From positions 1-64,000 of the IMG/VR virus record IMGVR_UViG_3300043446_003193: a DNA stretch of 64,000 nucleotides; one strand, given 5' to 3'. Made by a program: the position numbers and the translations under genes. Positions 1 to 9,920 of the stretch are shown here, one piece after another. The first letter of the stretch is position 1. Each line of letters opens with the position of its first letter. The notes beneath the pieces are model-generated. The model did no database searches, had not been told where the DNA came from, and saw nothing but the letters and a program-made list of their open reading frames with translations.

Positions 1-358
1 TACCATCCAATTTAGGTTGTGAGAATATTGGGTAACTAATCTTATCCTTACTATCTTCCCACTTACTCGCCAACATTGGTTCAAAGTATTGTGTTTTGTT
101 TATGTGTTTGATATTCTCAAAGTAACCACTCTCTAACTTCTTTGTTCGCTTTGCAACTGCTTCTTTCATACATTGTTCGTTATCGGTAGTTGCGTTTGCT
201 TTACCTTCATTCTTACCATACACGATCGTCCATTCATTTGTAGTTATGATACCACCAACTTGCCCACTATGTGTTCGGTATTTGTTACCCACTACTTCAA
301 TTGTCCACTCTTGTGTTGCACCTGTCTTTGTCTTTTTGTATATTGTTTCTAATTTCAT
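1..358 (-). CDS. ATP-dependent DNA ligase, N-terminal part (runs off window start)
   Basis: Manual translation from ATG 358: MKLETIYKKTKTGATQEWTIEV...FEPMLASKWEDSKDKISYPIFSQPKLDG; contains the KxDG adenylation motif. Confidence 0.85.
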   Translation of the reverse strand, partial: MKLETIYKKTKTGATQEWTIEVVGNKYRTHSGQVGGIITTNEWTIVYGKNEGKANATTDNEQCMKEAVAKRTKKLESGYFENIKHINKTQYFEPMLASKWEDSKDKISYPIFSQPKLDG

Positions 359-359
359 A

Positions 360-569
360 TTAAAAGTATATTTTTCTTATTGTAAAAAAATCGTTTGGAT
401 TGTTTTTGTAATTATAGTTAGTTAATATATCACTTTCTGCTTCACTTAGTGTTGCAAAACATTTTATATTTTGATAATTTTTTGTAGTATCACTGTCCTC
501 AATCCAATGACCACTCCAATTAAACCAACAATTCGTTCTATGATTGTATATTGCGTAATACCCTTTCAT
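360..569 (-). CDS. hypothetical protein
   Basis: 69-aa ORF tightly packed in the minus-strand run. Confidence 0.6.
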   Translation of the reverse strand: MKGYYAIYNHRTNCWFNWSGHWIEDSDTTKNYQNIKCFATLSEAESDILTNYNYKNNPNDFFTIRKIYF

Positions 570-575
570 ATTATA

Positions 576-986
576 TTATTTTACTAATTCAATTCTAATA
601 CTACCATCTTCGTTAATCCAACCTTTCAACTTGAATTTTGGGTCACTTGGATGGCCACTTGCTAAGTAACCTTCTAAGTGTGGTCTAACCCCATCCCTAT
701 CACTATGTTGATATGATTGAAATTCTAAAGTATGTCTCATTACAATATTATTACCCATACCCAATGCGTTTCCCAATGGGGTAGTATCGTTTGTAATATC
801 AGTTTGCATTTTTCTAAATCCCATTAACTTCAAATGGCCTGCTCCAATTAAATCACCTAAACAATGTTGGTATGTATCATTAGTTACACCATCAACTTTT
901 GATTTTTTGAGTTTTCTTTCACTACGCATAATACGAACTTTATTTTTCGTATATTCGTTTCGTTTAGTTCCTATAAATCTTGCCAT
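576..986 (-). CDS. hypothetical protein
   Basis: 136-aa ORF in the minus-strand run. Confidence 0.7.
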   Translation of the reverse strand: MARFIGTKRNEYTKNKVRIMRSERKLKKSKVDGVTNDTYQHCLGDLIGAGHLKLMGFRKMQTDITNDTTPLGNALGMGNNIVMRHTLEFQSYQHSDRDGVRPHLEGYLASGHPSDPKFKLKGWINEDGSIRIELVK

Positions 987-992
987 ATTGTT

Positions 993-1310
993 TTATTTAT
1001 TTGTTATTATATCCCAATCATGTATCACATCATTCAAATATGCTAATAAACAAAATGGGTCTTTTACATTATACAATTCAAAATTATATTCCAATGGTGT
1101 ACTATTTATATTATCCCATAATTTCATTTTGTATGAATTGTTGTCACTTTTATTTGGATGTCTATTCATATGAACTTTGAAAGTTGTTGAATGAATATTA
1201 TCATGCTCAAATATAAACTCGTAAAAATCAGGTTCATAATCAAATCCCATCACATTAACTTTTTGTGAAGTGATTGATAATATCTTATCTATATTTTCTA
1301 TCTTTAGCAT
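993..1310 (-). CDS. hypothetical protein (paralog family MLxIxNxxxI)
   Basis: N-terminus MLKIENIDKI resembles the two neighbouring ORFs. Confidence 0.7.
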   Translation of the reverse strand: MLKIENIDKILSITSQKVNVMGFDYEPDFYEFIFEHDNIHSTTFKVHMNRHPNKSDNNSYKMKLWDNINSTPLEYNFELYNVKDPFCLLAYLNDVIHDWDIITNK

Positions 1311-1311
1311 A

Positions 1312-1659
1312 TTATACTTTGTTTTTTAAATTTGAATTATCCCACCAGTATTTTGTCTTTCGTAAAACTTCTGATATTTCAACTAACAATGATGTCACGC
1401 ATTTTATTTCTGATATATCAACTTTACTTTCCGTTGCCATTTGTAATCCCATAGTAAATAATCGGTATGTTCCATTTTTTTCATTACGAATTAAATGAAC
1501 TTCTTGTGGTTTATTATAAAAGTTTGCATCACCTATTGCGTCAAATTCAAATACATACGAATGTTCACCTAGTTTATTTGTGTGACGACTTACATGATAA
1601 ATGTTTCTACCAAAACAAGTCATATTTATTACTTTATCTATATTTTTAATAGTCAACAT
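1312..1659 (-). CDS. hypothetical protein (paralog family MLxIxNxxxI)
   Basis: N-terminus MLTIKNIDKV. Confidence 0.7.
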   Translation of the reverse strand: MLTIKNIDKVINMTCFGRNIYHVSRHTNKLGEHSYVFEFDAIGDANFYNKPQEVHLIRNEKNGTYRLFTMGLQMATESKVDISEIKCVTSLLVEISEVLRKTKYWWDNSNLKNKV

Positions 1660-1660
1660 A

Positions 1661-1954
1661 CTATAAATCTTTTAATGCTTCATTAAATGTCCATTGAACA
1701 TTCTTAATTTTACTAAAAAAATCAACCGATATCCAATGATCGGTAAATCTACCATTATCAACTCTATATATATTTTTACCCATTTCATCATCCCATTTTG
1801 GTTGTCTAAAAATATCAATGATTGCCCAATTTGAATTGGTATCTACAAATGCAAAGGTATATCTATCACTATGTTCTTCTGCTTCCTTTAATTTATATTT
1901 ACCATCTACAAAATTCATTTCCAATATATCCGTTGGGTTTTTAATCTTTAACAT
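1661..1954 (-). CDS. hypothetical protein (paralog family MLxIxNxxxI)
   Basis: Probable start at MLKIKNPTDI (1954), abutting the previous stop. Confidence 0.65.
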   Translation of the reverse strand: MLKIKNPTDILEMNFVDGKYKLKEAEEHSDRYTFAFVDTNSNWAIIDIFRQPKWDDEMGKNIYRVDNGRFTDHWISVDFFSKIKNVQWTFNEALKDL

Positions 1955-1955
1955 A

Positions 1956-2324
1956 TTACATCTTTTTTCCCATTTTATAAAATATTTGTTTAAGACCACC
2001 TAATGAACTTATATTTTGTTTTTTAGTAATTATTTTTGCCAAAGGCAAAGGACCACTATCCGCAACTTCAACCATATTTAGATTTGCAAGTTCACCATTA
2101 GCATCAGTAGTTGGTACAAATAAAGTCACTTCAATTTTTTCTGGAACATTATAACCATGTTCTTTAACTTCACTTAATGAAATAAAATAGGTTTTACCTC
2201 CGGATGCGGCTTCTAATTCATCCACATTAGTACATACATACATTTGTTTTTCTGCATTGAATACCGGAATATTAAAATTCATATTCACTAATACTTTTGG
2301 ACCTAATTTTGTTATCTTTTTCAT
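1956..2324 (-). CDS. hypothetical protein
   Basis: 122-aa ORF, coupled to the upstream gene. Confidence 0.7.
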   Translation of the reverse strand: MKKITKLGPKVLVNMNFNIPVFNAEKQMYVCTNVDELEAASGGKTYFISLSEVKEHGYNVPEKIEVTLFVPTTDANGELANLNMVEVADSGPLPLAKIITKKQNISSLGGLKQIFYKMGKKM

Positions 2325-2845
2325 TATCTATTCAATTTTGTTATACATTCATCAATTTTATCTCTTAATCTACCACCCTGTCCAAAATCGCCATCAACTT
2401 GCACATGTCTCCATTGTGGAATACCCATCCATTTGAATTCTCTTTTAAGATTCAAATCATCAATAGCAATCCAATTGGAAATCTTATTATCTTTAACCCA
2501 CTTCTTAATTTCAGCAGCACGTTCCCAATCAATTGAAGGTCTACTCATCTTCATCCATAAGTCCTGATGTGTAGTTATATCAACCAAATTGTGTCCTGCA
2601 ATTCCGTAGTATTCAAATATTCTTTTCATTTGAATAAAACTAAAATGTTTTCTCCAATCCGAACTCAATACCATCTTAGCATTACTCTCATCCAAAATCT
2701 TTTTAAGAGCTTGGCAATCTTCTTCTACCCAAGGGTATGGCATTTTGAATGTGGATGAACCCGAACTTAGTTCAACTCTACCATCACCCCACGTTCCCCA
2801 TGCTAACGGGCCATCTACATCTATGAATATTATTTTCTTTCTCAT
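2324..2845 (-). CDS. HAD-superfamily (Swiss-army-knife RNA-repair-like) phosphatase
   Basis: IFIDVDGPL (DxD motif I), VLSSDWR, IAIDDL; probable start MRKK at 2845. Confidence 0.8.
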   Translation of the reverse strand: MRKKIIFIDVDGPLAWGTWGDGRVELSSGSSTFKMPYPWVEEDCQALKKILDESNAKMVLSSDWRKHFSFIQMKRIFEYYGIAGHNLVDITTHQDLWMKMSRPSIDWERAAEIKKWVKDNKISNWIAIDDLNLKREFKWMGIPQWRHVQVDGDFGQGGRLRDKIDECITKLNR

Positions 2846-2855
2846 AATTTTATTT

Positions 2856-3110
2856 TTATTCTTCAAATAAATGCCAAACAAACGGGCCATCCTGATAAGT
2901 TCCAATATATTTCATATTAGTATCATCAAAACTATGACCTGTTCCAATTATTACAAATTTTCTTTTTTCTAATTCATTTTCCGGATTTACTTTTACCCAA
3001 ATACACGCATTGAACATCTGTCCATTTTGAATTTGAACGGATAGTATTTCTGCTCCTTTCGGCATTTCAATTATGTTTTCTACTTTGTATTTCCAAATTT
3101 GCTTTATCAT
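2856..3110 (-). CDS. conserved phage hypothetical protein
   Basis: 84-aa ORF ending YIGTYQDGPFVWHLFE. Confidence 0.7.
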   Translation of the reverse strand: MIKQIWKYKVENIIEMPKGAEILSVQIQNGQMFNACIWVKVNPENELEKRKFVIIGTGHSFDDTNMKYIGTYQDGPFVWHLFEE

Positions 3111-3113
3111 AAC

Positions 3114-3380
3114 TTAAAATTTTTGTATTACTAACATTGCATCGGTAACATCTTCTTCTCTTAAGTAACCAACTACGTCACCTTGTGCAACTGGGTTATC
3201 ATAATGGATTTCACCATTACTATCTAATACTGCCAATTCATATAATCCATTCTTTCCACCATACGAAAATTCATGCTTCACTACCGAAGCACCAAATCCG
3301 TTATCAAACATAATACGAGAAACAATTCCATCAACGTGGAATGGATGTTTTTTAAATTCTAAATCTTTAAATGTTTTCAT
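3114..3380 (-). CDS. hypothetical protein
   Basis: 88-aa ORF (FDNGFGASVV...LYELAVL). Confidence 0.7.
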   Translation of the reverse strand: MKTFKDLEFKKHPFHVDGIVSRIMFDNGFGASVVKHEFSYGGKNGLYELAVLDSNGEIHYDNPVAQGDVVGYLREEDVTDAMLVIQKF

Positions 3381-3442
3381 TTTATTTTAATTTTAATGAG
3401 AAGATAGCAGGGGAATTGAACCCCTGTATATTCCAAACTATC

Positions 3443-4366
3443 TTATTGAATGTTCTTAAACAATGTAGGTATTTGACCATACACCGGTAACTTACCATCC
3501 CACTTATTAACATATTCCATTTGAATAAGTAATGGTGTCAATGTTTGTTGTTTCATTCTATTTGCTTCTGCTTCAGCTTTAGCAGATGTAAGTAAAGCCT
3601 GCGCGTTACCCTCTGCAGTTGCAATCTTAATCTTAGCTTGTGCTTCTGCTGTTTTCACTTCGTTCTCTGCTCTTAATGCCGCTTGAACTGCGTTGTTCTT
3701 AGCTTCAATAGATTTCTTAAAAGTTTCAGGATAAACTAAGTTAGATGTAAACTGATTGATTACAAATCCTTCTTTCAATAATGAGTTATCCAATAATCTA
3801 CGAACTTCCACTTCAAATACAGCACGATTACTAATCAATTCATCAGCCGTATATTTGTTAGTTGCTAATCTAAATGCGTCATATACTGCTGTTTTTAAGA
3901 AACCTTCTTCAATATCTTCTAACGGTCTACGATACTTGCTAAATATTGCAGGTACTTTCTCTCTTTGAACAGAGTAGTTCATAATAGGTGAAACTGCAAA
4001 TTCCGAACCATCTTTTGAGTTTACAATAAATGAATTTTCATCCTTGTACTCTTTGTGTTGAATAAAGGTAGGGAACTCATAAATCTTTGTAGTAAACGGA
4101 TTAAAGAATACCATACCCGTAACTGCTACTACATTATCAACACCTTTGTTATCACCATATTGGTTTACTTTAACACCAACATGTCCTGCGTCAATTCTTT
4201 CACAAGACATAAATAAGAAAATTAAAGTAATAAATCCTAACACCCCAGCCGTAATTGTTTTTGCCATTTTTTTAAATTTTAAATCTTGTTCTAATTTTAA
4301 TTGTTTTCTTTCTTCTTCCATTTCAGCTTGTCTTCTTTGCCAAGCATCTAAATTGTCATATGCCAT
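3443..4366 (-). CDS. SPFH/band-7/prohibitin-family membrane protein
   Basis: TM helix, then RIDAGHVGVKV...; AKNNAVQAALRAENE...AEAQAK coiled coil. Confidence 0.9.
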   Translation of the reverse strand: MAYDNLDAWQRRQAEMEEERKQLKLEQDLKFKKMAKTITAGVLGFITLIFLFMSCERIDAGHVGVKVNQYGDNKGVDNVVAVTGMVFFNPFTTKIYEFPTFIQHKEYKDENSFIVNSKDGSEFAVSPIMNYSVQREKVPAIFSKYRRPLEDIEEGFLKTAVYDAFRLATNKYTADELISNRAVFEVEVRRLLDNSLLKEGFVINQFTSNLVYPETFKKSIEAKNNAVQAALRAENEVKTAEAQAKIKIATAEGNAQALLTSAKAEAEANRMKQQTLTPLLIQMEYVNKWDGKLPVYGQIPTLFKNIQ

Positions 4367-4367
4367 A

Positions 4368-4682
4368 TTATTTTGTTTTATTTGTTTTCTTTCTTGTTTT
4401 TACAAAAGGTTTATCACTTTCAACACCATCCATTTGTTTAGGATTTGATTTCTTCATATTTTTTAAATCTTCTATAACTGCTTCTTCAATTCGGGAAGGT
4501 TGTTTAACCAATTCATATAATTCTATTCCTAACCATAGGAGTAAAACTCCCAACCCAATACCACCTACAATATTTGCAAATGTATTAGCCATTGTTAAAC
4601 ACGGAAATATTCCAAATTGTAACAATAATAAAATTGTAATAAATGTGAATATTTGTTTTTGATACTTTTTTATTTTTTGCAT
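4368..4682 (-). CDS. small membrane protein
   Basis: Two hydrophobic segments. Confidence 0.6.
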   Translation of the reverse strand: MQKIKKYQKQIFTFITILLLLQFGIFPCLTMANTFANIVGGIGLGVLLLWLGIELYELVKQPSRIEEAVIEDLKNMKKSNPKQMDGVESDKPFVKTRKKTNKTK

Positions 4683-4797
4683 TTCATTTCATTTTGAATT
4701 TTTCTTAATTTTATTTGCCACCTTCTTTCCATTCTCTTTTCCATTGGAGACATTGGGTCAAAAAGGTTTATTAAACATTCTATAAATTTTCCCATAA

Positions 4798-5391
4798 TTA
4801 AATGTTTTGTTCTTTATATAATTTCAACAATCGTTCACTCATTTCTTTATATCTCATATTGAATTTGTTACTCATCTTTGATATAATGTTTGGATTGCTG
4901 TATGGTGAATTGTCAGGTGAACTCCATTTACGACTGTGATACAAATAATTGTAAAACATTACATACGCATTTGCTTTTCTAATGTATTCATCTATGTCAA
5001 TCTTTAATCCCCACTTCTTCATTAATTGAACTGATCTCTTCTCATTATCCAATTCTAAGTCTCTAGATTTGGCAAGTGCCGATTTAATACCTCTTACATT
5101 TTTACCTTCTAACCATTCTTCTACTTTTATTAAACCATCACATCCATCTGTCCAAACTTTAACACTATCTAACCATTGAGTCATATGACAATATTCATGT
5201 ACCAATATACCCAACCAATCAGGTCTATTCATAGCTACTACCAATTCTTTACTTTCTTCATCAAAGTAACCACTACATTTAATATTACCACTTAATCTTA
5301 AATACGTCACTTTACGCAAATCACATTTAACACCATTCTCTTTACATTGTTTTTTAACCCATTGTATAAATCTTTTTTCTTTTGCTCTCAT
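4798..5391 (-). CDS. hypothetical protein with HEXXH metallopeptidase-like motif
   Basis: GYFDE...ILVHEYCH...ELDNE. Confidence 0.6.
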   Translation of the reverse strand: MRAKEKRFIQWVKKQCKENGVKCDLRKVTYLRLSGNIKCSGYFDEESKELVVAMNRPDWLGILVHEYCHMTQWLDSVKVWTDGCDGLIKVEEWLEGKNVRGIKSALAKSRDLELDNEKRSVQLMKKWGLKIDIDEYIRKANAYVMFYNYLYHSRKWSSPDNSPYSNPNIISKMSNKFNMRYKEMSERLLKLYKEQNI

Positions 5392-5476
5392 ATAATTTTT
5401 TTTGTTAGAAAATCCATATAATACGATAGGGGATAGAAATTAATCTACCCCCTTTTCGTACTCACCATTAAAACTA

Positions 5477-6751
5477 CTACCAAACGATAGTTTCTTCATC
5501 AGTTACATTGTCCTCAACCTCATTGAAAAGTTGAGTTTCTTCATCTGATTTAATATATTTTTGTAGCAATTGAGTCATAAATACTCTCTCACTATCCAAC
5601 CCACCATCATTACTGAAATAAGGTAAGATTGCGATTTGTGCAGCTTCAAACAAACTGAAACCGTCGTAAACCAATCCAGCAGCTTCTACATTCACACGAG
5701 TAGAAACGATAGTTGAAATCTTACTTGCATCAGTTTTGATTAACTGGCGAGTCGTATCGGCAATCTCTGCCAATGCGTTTAATGAATACTCATCAGCTTC
5801 AGGGAACTTAAACTTCAATAACGCAAGTTCGTTTTCCTTATCTAGCAAGTCCATTTCAATTTGAACAAAACGGTCCATCAATGCTCTATCCATTACACGA
5901 GTTGCAGTGTACTCACCACCGATATTCGCGGTTGCGATAAATGTAACACCACTTGCTACTTTAACGATTGGTGAACCTTCGGCCTCATCTAATCGTAAAT
6001 ATCTTTGACCCTGATCTAACACAGTCATTAAGATATTAGCGGCTTCTGGGTGAGCTCTACTCAATTCATCCAATAGGATAATTGCGTTTGGAGTTTTGAT
6101 TGCTTTAACGAATGCCGATTCACTAAAGAAAGTACCATTCTCTTTGTTAAAGTGAGTGTTACCGATTAAGGTTGCTCTAGCATCTTGCGTAGCACCTAAG
6201 TTAAAGTAGAAATCAGGTCGTTTCAATGATTTAACCAACGATTGAGCGGCTAATGTTTTACCACAACCGGTCGGTCCTGTCATTAAGATATTCTTACCTC
6301 TAACTGCTGAACGGAGTAAATACTTCCACTTCAATTCTTCAATGAACAATCCATTAGGTTTTAATTCTTTACCTTTTGTATGGATAAATTCTTTTAAAGC
6401 ATCGTGAGTTTCAAATGATTCACTTACACTATCACATGCTTCATCCGATATTGTAGCAGAATGTTTTTTGAACTCATCAATTTCAACTAACTTATAAGAT
6501 AGTTTACCATTTTTACTTATGTACGCTTGGATAGCTTTGTTTTCAGCTTCTGCTTGTTTCATCTTAGCTGAACTAATACCCGCAACTTTTGTTACAGGTT
6601 GATTTTGTGTTGTCAACATACCGAATGTACGTCCCAACTTAATTACTTTATAGATTTCATTTGTGAAACCTACATTAAAGTCCTTGACTTTAGTTGATTT
6701 TCTTTTTACCATAGTAGTAGTTTTACTTTTGTTACTTTGATTTCTACGCAT
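5477..6751 (-). CDS. MoxR/CbbQ/NirQ-type AAA+ ATPase
   Basis: Walker A GPTGCGKT, Walker B ILLDELSR, FIATANIG, DRALMDRF. Confidence 0.9.
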   Translation of the reverse strand: MRRNQSNKSKTTTMVKRKSTKVKDFNVGFTNEIYKVIKLGRTFGMLTTQNQPVTKVAGISSAKMKQAEAENKAIQAYISKNGKLSYKLVEIDEFKKHSATISDEACDSVSESFETHDALKEFIHTKGKELKPNGLFIEELKWKYLLRSAVRGKNILMTGPTGCGKTLAAQSLVKSLKRPDFYFNLGATQDARATLIGNTHFNKENGTFFSESAFVKAIKTPNAIILLDELSRAHPEAANILMTVLDQGQRYLRLDEAEGSPIVKVASGVTFIATANIGGEYTATRVMDRALMDRFVQIEMDLLDKENELALLKFKFPEADEYSLNALAEIADTTRQLIKTDASKISTIVSTRVNVEAAGLVYDGFSLFEAAQIAILPYFSNDGGLDSERVFMTQLLQKYIKSDEETQLFNEVEDNVTDEETIVW

Positions 6752-6779
6752 AACTTTATTGTTTATTTATTGGTGATTT

Positions 6780-6900
6780 GATACTCAAATATACGACTTT
6801 TTTTTGATACTACCAAATCTATTTATAATTGATTGATTTCTAATGACTTATAGGCATAAAAAAAGGGTAATATATAACCCTTTGATTATCAATAAGTTAT
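6780..6900. repeat. duplicated intergenic element, copy 1 (copy 2 at ~9280-9410)
   Basis: Shared AATATACGACTTTTTTTTGATACTACCAAAT, AGGCATAAAAAAAG and two TTGAnnnTCAATnAnTT motifs 49 bp apart in both copies. Confidence 0.8.
6786..6817 (-). promoter_or_regulatory. Bacteroidota sigma-A-type promoter (upstream of the MoxR gene)
   Basis: Minus strand TTTG-N20-TATATTTG matches the -33 TTTG / -7 TAnnTTTG consensus; near-identical copy at ~9283-9314. Confidence 0.75.
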
Positions 6901-6944
6901 GAAAGGGGACCAGAAAGTCCCCATTTCATTGGGGCTTTCCGAGC

Positions 6945-9236
6945 CTATTTTTTGTTTTTTGATAGGAATAACTCGTTCATAGTTTTGGCAACTTCAAACA
7001 TATTTTCCACATTCACGTACTTAGCATCATTTCCATACATTTTTTTGAAAATTTGCCAATCGGATGAATGTTCAAAATTACTACCATAATCAGTAATAAA
7101 GTAAGAAAGTACATCTATACCATTATCTTTGATTTTGGTCACTTGCTTTTTTGTGTGAACTGCTGCAGGTTCACCCGAATAATGCATATCATCACTACCT
7201 CTACTGATTGAGTAAGAAGGTTGTCCGTCAGAAAAGTTTAAGAAATAACTTTGACTATCATTTGTTGATGGAACTAAGTTTTTCAATATTGCTTCAAAAC
7301 ACAAACCTTCTGGTGTAGTATTACTTGCTTGCAATATACCCATATATTTTGCGAATTGTTTAAATGAGTCTCTACGAGAATCGTGGATAATTGCAACATA
7401 TGGTAAACAATTACCACCACTATCGGTAGAACGAATTGAAACTTGTACATTGATATTACGAGCCATTTCACATGCTTTTACAATAGCGACGGTTGATACA
7501 ATACACTTTCTTAACTTATCACCTTGCATTGAACCGGAATAGTCAATTGATATGTGTAAGTTTGCTTTCTTAAACTGGTCAACTTCATTTGTATAAAACA
7601 CGTTCTCATTATCATAACCTAATGAAGCAACCATTCTACCGTCAATCTTACCACGTTTCAATCTACTGAATATCGTTTCACGACTTTCACTACGAACTTG
7701 CAGTTTCTTACCCAATAGAGTACCTAACATTGTACCCTTACGAACTTCCTCTTCTGCCCATATCTTTGGCTCACCTGTTCTCCAATCGTTATTAGAGAAC
7801 GGAAAGTCTTCGGATTTTAATAGATTTTCTGTCAATCGTTTTACTACGATACAGTCTACACCTTTCATTTGTGTACCATATCTATCCATACCATTACCTA
7901 CACGAACCAATTCGGTATCTGATTCTTGAATGTCTTTTAGTTTTTCCAACTCGCTCTTTTGAACATTCTTCTTTTTGATATTACCATTGATGAAGTCCTT
8001 TTGCTTTTGGATTTTCTTATCCAATTGTTTTTTAGCAGTATCGGATAACTTCACTTTAGTATTACCTTGCTGACCCTGTCCATCATCAGTATTACCCAAT
8101 TTAGCAGTCGCTTGTCCACTAACATTTCCATTTCCACCGCCCATTTCACTGCCATTATCTTCACTATCACCATCTTCAATTTCAGTAATCTCTACTTCGT
8201 TCTCATCTCCATCACCACTTTGTCCTTTACCCAATCCTTTACCTTTCATCATCTCTGCGTTTTCGTAAGGAACGGTTTTAAGTATCTCAGCAAGAATGTC
8301 AATAGATAATTGGAAACTATCTTTGGTTGATGTCAAACGGCTAATATCTTTTAGGTTTACCATACGATATATGGCTCTCAAACCTTTTAACTTAGATAGG
8401 TCAGTTTTTTCGTTCATCAAGTTGATAATACGGAACATATAGGCTTCAAACGTCTCATCCGTATATTCATCACTTGCGATACCTTTGGTAACGATTTTAT
8501 CATTGAAATAGTTATCATACATTTGAGTATAATAATCTCTATAACCAGGTGCTGATTTGAAAATATACATATCAATACGTCTATCTTCTACCCAATTAGT
8601 AAGAGAACTGATGATACCGAATATTTCTTCATTCATTGAACCTTTACTACCAATCACACCGGTAGACAAATACATCTCATTGAATAGATTTTCGTATTTT
8701 GGGTATTGTTTAGTATATCCTTTGATAGTATCATCTATTTTATCAATAGTCCAACTCGGTGTTGTGATACCATTTGCAATTTCATTTGCAGTATCACTCA
8801 TAATCTTTCGTTGTAATCTTTGATAGTTACTAAACATTTCGTTCATATTAGATAACAGATCAAAGTCAGATAATAGAATGTGTGAACCTTCGTGCAATGC
8901 TAAACCAACTGAAACGTCAAATTTATCATCTACATCTGCAGAAAGGATAACTTTTTTACCATCCGTTTTACTATCACTTTTTGTAGCGAATGTAACAGGT
9001 ATATTCTTTTGTGTAACGATTTGAACGAAATTGGCAATAGCTCGTCTTACGGATGCCAACTTATAAAGGTTATTAGTTTTTTTGAAAAGGTCTAAATCCT
9101 TCTTTTGGAAACCACCATAGGTTTCTAATACATCATACGAAGTATCGTAATCATCATACCAAAATGATGATACTTTACTTTTCGCGTTGACTAGGTAATC
9201 TTTTGTACCCGTCTTAAAATTCTCATACCAACTCAT
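6945..9236 (-). CDS. vWA-domain protein with N-terminal HEXXH domain (MoxR partner, CobT-like)
   Basis: GLALHEGSH; MIDAS DYSGS, NTTPEG, FSDG. Confidence 0.85.
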   Translation of the reverse strand: MSWYENFKTGTKDYLVNAKSKVSSFWYDDYDTSYDVLETYGGFQKKDLDLFKKTNNLYKLASVRRAIANFVQIVTQKNIPVTFATKSDSKTDGKKVILSADVDDKFDVSVGLALHEGSHILLSDFDLLSNMNEMFSNYQRLQRKIMSDTANEIANGITTPSWTIDKIDDTIKGYTKQYPKYENLFNEMYLSTGVIGSKGSMNEEIFGIISSLTNWVEDRRIDMYIFKSAPGYRDYYTQMYDNYFNDKIVTKGIASDEYTDETFEAYMFRIINLMNEKTDLSKLKGLRAIYRMVNLKDISRLTSTKDSFQLSIDILAEILKTVPYENAEMMKGKGLGKGQSGDGDENEVEITEIEDGDSEDNGSEMGGGNGNVSGQATAKLGNTDDGQGQQGNTKVKLSDTAKKQLDKKIQKQKDFINGNIKKKNVQKSELEKLKDIQESDTELVRVGNGMDRYGTQMKGVDCIVVKRLTENLLKSEDFPFSNNDWRTGEPKIWAEEEVRKGTMLGTLLGKKLQVRSESRETIFSRLKRGKIDGRMVASLGYDNENVFYTNEVDQFKKANLHISIDYSGSMQGDKLRKCIVSTVAIVKACEMARNINVQVSIRSTDSGGNCLPYVAIIHDSRRDSFKQFAKYMGILQASNTTPEGLCFEAILKNLVPSTNDSQSYFLNFSDGQPSYSISRGSDDMHYSGEPAAVHTKKQVTKIKDNGIDVLSYFITDYGSNFEHSSDWQIFKKMYGNDAKYVNVENMFEVAKTMNELFLSKNKK

Positions 9237-9279
9237 AGCTCGGAAATTTATGTGTTTTGTTAATTAATTTTGTGAATAT

Positions 9280-9410
9280 ACCACAATATACGACTTTTTT
9301 TTGATACTACCAAATATTTATTAAAATTTTTTATAATATGTTGATAGTCAATGATTTAGGCATAAAAAAAGACCTATATACATAAGTCTTTGATTATCAA
9401 TCAGTTGTAA
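9280..9410. repeat. duplicated intergenic element, copy 2 (includes promoter for the vWA gene)
   Basis: Same motifs and spacing as 6780-6900. Confidence 0.8.
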
Positions 9411-9420
9411 AAATACTATA

Positions 9421-9579
9421 TTATAGGGTAAAATCGTCAGTATTTTGTAAACCTTTTGGATTTGTTTTCGGTTTGCTACCAACGACTGTAATTTTTGTAC
9501 TACTTTGTTGGTTTTCTTTTAAGAGTTCTTTTATTTCTTCTAAAAGATTCTTGATAATTGTAAATTGTTCTACGTCCAT
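9421..9579 (-). CDS. small hypothetical protein (52 aa)
   Basis: Manual translation MDVEQFTIIKNLLEEIKELLKE...QNTDDFTL*; fills the gap between genes. Confidence 0.5.
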   Translation of the reverse strand: MDVEQFTIIKNLLEEIKELLKENQQSSTKITVVGSKPKTNPKGLQNTDDFTL

Positions 9580-9580
9580 A

Positions 9581-9898
9581 TTATTCAGTTTCATTTGAAA
9601 TTATATCACCATATTGTTTTGCACCTTTTGGATTTCTTTCCAAGAAAATTTCATAAGCAATCTCATGTCTATTTAACTCAACTTTCAAAGGCCACATTTC
9701 TGTTTCCAACGAGTCAATCTTATGTTGTAATGAGTCAATCGTTTGAGCTTTAGAAATGTCACCACTACCTAAAACTTCAATCTTTTGTTCAGATCTTAAC
9801 TTACTTAATTCCTTTTGCTGTAAATAGCAAATTAACAATACGGATACTGCACCAGTTCCTACAATTGCTTTCTGATATTTTGCGATAAATTCTTTCAT
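9581..9898 (-). CDS. hypothetical protein, N-terminal TM plus coiled coil
   Basis: Probable start MKEFIAK (9898) downstream of a TATTTATA motif. Confidence 0.6.
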   Translation of the reverse strand: MKEFIAKYQKAIVGTGAVSVLLICYLQQKELSKLRSEQKIEVLGSGDISKAQTIDSLQHKIDSLETEMWPLKVELNRHEIAYEIFLERNPKGAKQYGDIISNETE

Positions 9899-9920
9899 AA
9901 CTTTTTCTTTTATATAAATA

